From assembly GCA_030530985.1 (NCBI GenBank), contig JAUMTX010000003.1, forward strand, positions 18,005-82,004: a stretch of DNA of 64,000 bases. Reading direction: 5' to 3'. The position numbers and the translations under genes were made by a program. Origin of the DNA: Corynebacterium sp. (lineage in GTDB: Bacteria > Actinomycetota > Actinomycetes > Mycobacteriales > Mycobacteriaceae). Within the stretch, counting starts at the first letter, position 1; each line of letters starts with the position of its first letter. Positions 61,160 to 64,000 of this stretch are shown here, piece by piece. The notes beneath the pieces are model-generated. The model had not been told where the DNA came from and made no database searches. It saw only the letters and a list, made by a program, of their open reading frames with translations.

Positions 61160-62071
61160 CTAACTCAGGCCCTCCCAGCCCGTAGCAATCTCCAGCCCTG
61201 CTGCACTGAAGACTCGCGATAGCTCTTCAATTGCAGCGGGGCTGATGGCATGTATGCCTTCTGTAATTTCCGTTAGCTGGCCCGGCTTGGTTGCGCCAAT
61301 AATTGGGCGGATACCCAAGGAGACTGCCCATGCAGCAAGGACGGCAGCTCGAGAAACTGCGAACTGTGAAGCCACTTCACCAATGGCATCCGCTAGTGGC
61401 AGGATTTCTGCCCAATGAGCGCCGTAGTGCGTATCGCGAAAAGAACCTTTGGGGAAGGGATGCTGGGGTCCATAAATTCCGCCTAAAGCACCCTGTTCCA
61501 GGAGCATATATGCGTGCAAGTCAATATCATGCTCAGTGCAATAATTCACCAGGCCGGAAGATATAGACCTCTGGTAGAGCGGACTAATATGATTTTGAAC
61601 CGCAGCAATCGGCAAGTGCCTTTGAGCTTCCTTCACCTGTGCAAAAGAATGATTACTTAGCCCTATTGCACGAATAACACCCGATTCTAAAAAGGGCATC
61701 ATGCGATGCAAAAAGTCGGTAGTTTCCGAAGCATCATGTAAGTAATAGAGATCAATGTAGTCAGTGCCAAGATTGGCAAGACTCTGCTCCAGAGCCTCTT
61801 CGGGACCGAAGGGAAGCCACGAACTAAATTTAGTTGATATGTGAACATCTTCGCGGGCGTAGGAGTCCAGTAGCGTGCCAAGAATTCTTTCGGATTCACC
61901 GCGCGAATAACTAAGTGCGGTGTCAAAACTACTGATCCCAATCTTCATTGATTCATCAACAACTTTCTGAAGTGTGTTGGAATCTAAAGTATGGCCATAA
62001 TAAGGCTCTGGAGAATAGCTCCATGCGGCTGTGCCAGCGGAGAGCTCAACCTGCGCATTTCCATCCATCAT
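61160..62071 (-). CDS. Aldo/keto reductase
   Basis: The AKR catalytic tetrad region is present (D..Y in FDTALSY; K in HISTKF; H in LYYLHD). The IGLSNHS motif is also present. Confidence 0.85.
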   Translation of the reverse strand: MMDGNAQVELSAGTAAWSYSPEPYYGHTLDSNTLQKVVDESMKIGISSFDTALSYSRGESERILGTLLDSYAREDVHISTKFSSWLPFGPEEALEQSLANLGTDYIDLYYLHDASETTDFLHRMMPFLESGVIRAIGLSNHSFAQVKEAQRHLPIAAVQNHISPLYQRSISSGLVNYCTEHDIDLHAYMLLEQGALGGIYGPQHPFPKGSFRDTHYGAHWAEILPLADAIGEVASQFAVSRAAVLAAWAVSLGIRPIIGATKPGQLTEITEGIHAISPAAIEELSRVFSAAGLEIATGWEGLS

Positions 62072-62709
62072 GCTGTCTCCTCAGGAAATGGAAGCGTGAG
62101 AGTAATGCAGAGAGCAGTGAGGGTAGCTGCCTTTAAACTACGGTGGCGCCGCTTGGAATTCGCACGTAGGCGAGCAAACTGCAATTCGGCAGAAGTAGTG
62201 CACATATTGGCCACCCCGCAGAAGTTAATATAGATACCTTCGGCCAGCAGAATGGCGCGGTCCGGCGGGTATGGGCGTGACAGGCTCTGCAAGGCAAAGC
62301 GCAGGGCAGCAAAGAACCCATCCTCAATGCGCTGGTATAAAGCAATGATATCTGGGGCGGATTTATCCGCCAGGCAGGTTAAATCCGCCCCCATAAGGCG
62401 CAATATGGGTAAGCGTTCAGCGGCCTGCTCAGCCAAAATGAGGGCGAATTCTTCACGGGTAATGCGGGTGGAGACTGCTTCCTCAATCTCCTTGGTCCAT
62501 CTATAGAGGCCACGTGCCAGTGTGAGTAGGCAGAGCTCTTCCAAACTGGAGAAGTAGCTATTGAGCCTGGTTCTTTGTGGGCGAGCGCGTGTCTCAACCT
62601 CAGCGCGGGGAATATTCTGTACGCCCGATAACAGCAGCTGTACTTCGAGGCTATCCATCAATTGTGCACGGATGCCTTCATTGAAGTGATGAATACCAAC
62701 AAACACCAT
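62068..62709 (-). CDS. Hypothetical protein, possibly a TetR-like C-terminal domain without an HTH; co-operonic with the AKR gene
   Basis: An in-frame TAG lies immediately upstream of the TTG/ATG start, so no N-terminal HTH can be encoded. The function cannot be assigned. Confidence 0.4.
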   Translation of the reverse strand: MVFVGIHHFNEGIRAQLMDSLEVQLLLSGVQNIPRAEVETRARPQRTRLNSYFSSLEELCLLTLARGLYRWTKEIEEAVSTRITREEFALILAEQAAERLPILRLMGADLTCLADKSAPDIIALYQRIEDGFFAALRFALQSLSRPYPPDRAILLAEGIYINFCGVANMCTTSAELQFARLRANSKRRHRSLKAATLTALCITLTLPFPEETA

Positions 62710-62744
62710 AAGTCGATTGTACAACCGCGAAAAAGACTACACAA

Positions 62745-62778
62745 TAGCCAAAAGCCCCTGCCCGAAGGCAGAGGCTTT
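62745..62778 (-). terminator. Rho-independent terminator for the LacI gene (minus strand: GCCTCTGCC-ttcg-GGCAGGGGC + TTTT)
   Basis: The inverted repeat, with one mismatch, is followed by a T-tract on the minus strand. Confidence 0.65.
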
Positions 62779-62830
62779 GAGGTCTCTCAGTAATGACTAC
62801 GTGGAGTAGCTACCGAGCAAAATTCGAAGA

Positions 62831-63883
62831 TTACTTCTTGGCTGGACCAATAGAATCGCGAACAACAAGGCTCGTAGGCAGAGAGGTGATTGCCGGAGTA
62901 TTGTCGTTAGGAATTGGCTGGCCACGGCCTGCCTTGCGGCGACGCTCCTGCGCAAGGTTAATACCGTGCTGAAGAATCTCGAAGGAGGTCTTGCCGAGCT
63001 GTGCGACATTCTGGTCGATAACAGTCAGTGGGTGCTTCTGAACCTGGAAGCTCAAGAAGTTATCGAAACCGACGATGGAGATATCCTCGCCGATCTCCAG
63101 CTGACGGCCGTGAGCTGCCTGAAGAGCGCCCAGGGTCATCATGGAGTCGCCAGCGATAATAGCAGTTACCTTGGCATCAAGGAGGTTCTCTGCGCCTTCG
63201 AAGCCTTCCTCGAGGAGGTAGCCACCCTCAGCGATGACGAGGTCCAGGCCACCGAACTCATTGCAGAGATCCTCGACGGTCTGACGGCGCTCGACACCGG
63301 TAGAGGTGTTATCTGGGCCGGCAAGATAACCGATGCGGGTGTGACCGTTCTCCTTGAGCTGAGTAATAGCGGCGCGGAGACCAGGCTCTGGGTTAGAAAT
63401 AACCGCTGGAGCATCGCAGCCCTCAAGATGGCGGTCGAAAAGGATAATAGGAACACCCTTGGCACGAAGGTTATTAATATACTCTTCGCCACCTGCGTGA
63501 GGAACAACAATCAGACCGTCTACGCGCTGGTCTTCCATAACCTCAAGTGCGCGCTTGAGCTGGTCAGGATCTTCGTTGGTGCTGGCAATCAGGGTGCAGA
63601 GGGACGCATCCACTGCACTGTTCTGAATGGAGGTAGCCAGCTCAGCGAAGAACTGATTAAGCATATTAGGAACAATCAAACCAATGGTGTTGGTTCGGGC
63701 ACTACGCAGAGCACGTGCCTGTGCATTAGGGCGGTAGTTCAGCTTAGCTGCGGCCTTACGTGCGCGCTCCTGGGTTTCCTCAGGAATGACAGGGTTACCA
63801 GCGAGTGCTCGAGAAATGGTGCTGACGGAAAGGCCAGCTTCCTCTGCCACGTCACGAAGTGTGGCTGAACGATGTGTTGCCAT
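62831..63883 (-). CDS. LacI-family transcriptional regulator
   Basis: The N-terminal HTH is ATLRDVAEEAGLSVSTISRALAG, and a periplasmic-binding-protein-like sugar-binding domain follows. Confidence 0.9.
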   Translation of the reverse strand: MATHRSATLRDVAEEAGLSVSTISRALAGNPVIPEETQERARKAAAKLNYRPNAQARALRSARTNTIGLIVPNMLNQFFAELATSIQNSAVDASLCTLIASTNEDPDQLKRALEVMEDQRVDGLIVVPHAGGEEYINNLRAKGVPIILFDRHLEGCDAPAVISNPEPGLRAAITQLKENGHTRIGYLAGPDNTSTGVERRQTVEDLCNEFGGLDLVIAEGGYLLEEGFEGAENLLDAKVTAIIAGDSMMTLGALQAAHGRQLEIGEDISIVGFDNFLSFQVQKHPLTVIDQNVAQLGKTSFEILQHGINLAQERRRKAGRGQPIPNDNTPAITSLPTSLVVRDSIGPAKK

Positions 63884-64000
63884 ACGTTAACTCCTTTTAT
63901 CGAATTCTGCCCCGGGAAAGCCCCAAAGCGTCACTTACATAGATAGGGGTACTGCTCAAATTACTTCTAGAACAATCTTACCTTAAGTTGTGGAAAATTA

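Overview
This window is a high-GC actinobacterial chromosome segment, most consistent with a Corynebacterium-type genome by gene order. It is mostly densely packed core housekeeping genes on the + strand. Nothing in the window resembles a compact, recognisable defence or mobile system; the unexplained items are scattered and small, and are listed below.

The window holds two conserved blocks. The first runs pepN(partial)-dsbA-like-rpiB-tRNA-Gly-tRNA-Pro-tig-clpP1-clpP2-clpX-mdh-valS-folC-ndk-rne-rplU-rpmA-obg-proB-proA-nadD-rsfS-comEA-comEC-holA-rpsT-lepA. After lepA the order switches to a second block: pmt/rsmI ... metG-tatD-rpfB-ksgA-ispE. Non-core genes are inserted between core genes. These insertions are:
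- a TetR regulator
- a divergent NRAMP mntH with a perfect palindromic operator
- three tandem small secreted paralogs
- an orphan MazF/PemK-like gene
- doxX plus a membrane anti-sigma factor
- a BCCT transporter
- a lower-GC islet carrying a short degenerate ABC-F
- a nucleoside hydrolase plus MFS cassette that splits rpfB from ksgA-ispE
- an MsrA fused to a degenerate MsrB-like domain
- a Uup-like ABC-F
- an unusual peptide/nickel-type ABC operon with an embedded MFS gene and a prolyl aminopeptidase
- an aldo/keto reductase (AKR) operon
- a LacI regulator.

There are two tRNAs (Gly-TCC, Pro-TGG) and several clean rho-independent terminators. No CRISPR array, transposase or integrase is visible. 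Many long reverse-strand ORFs in the supplied track are high-GC shadow ORFs and were rejected.
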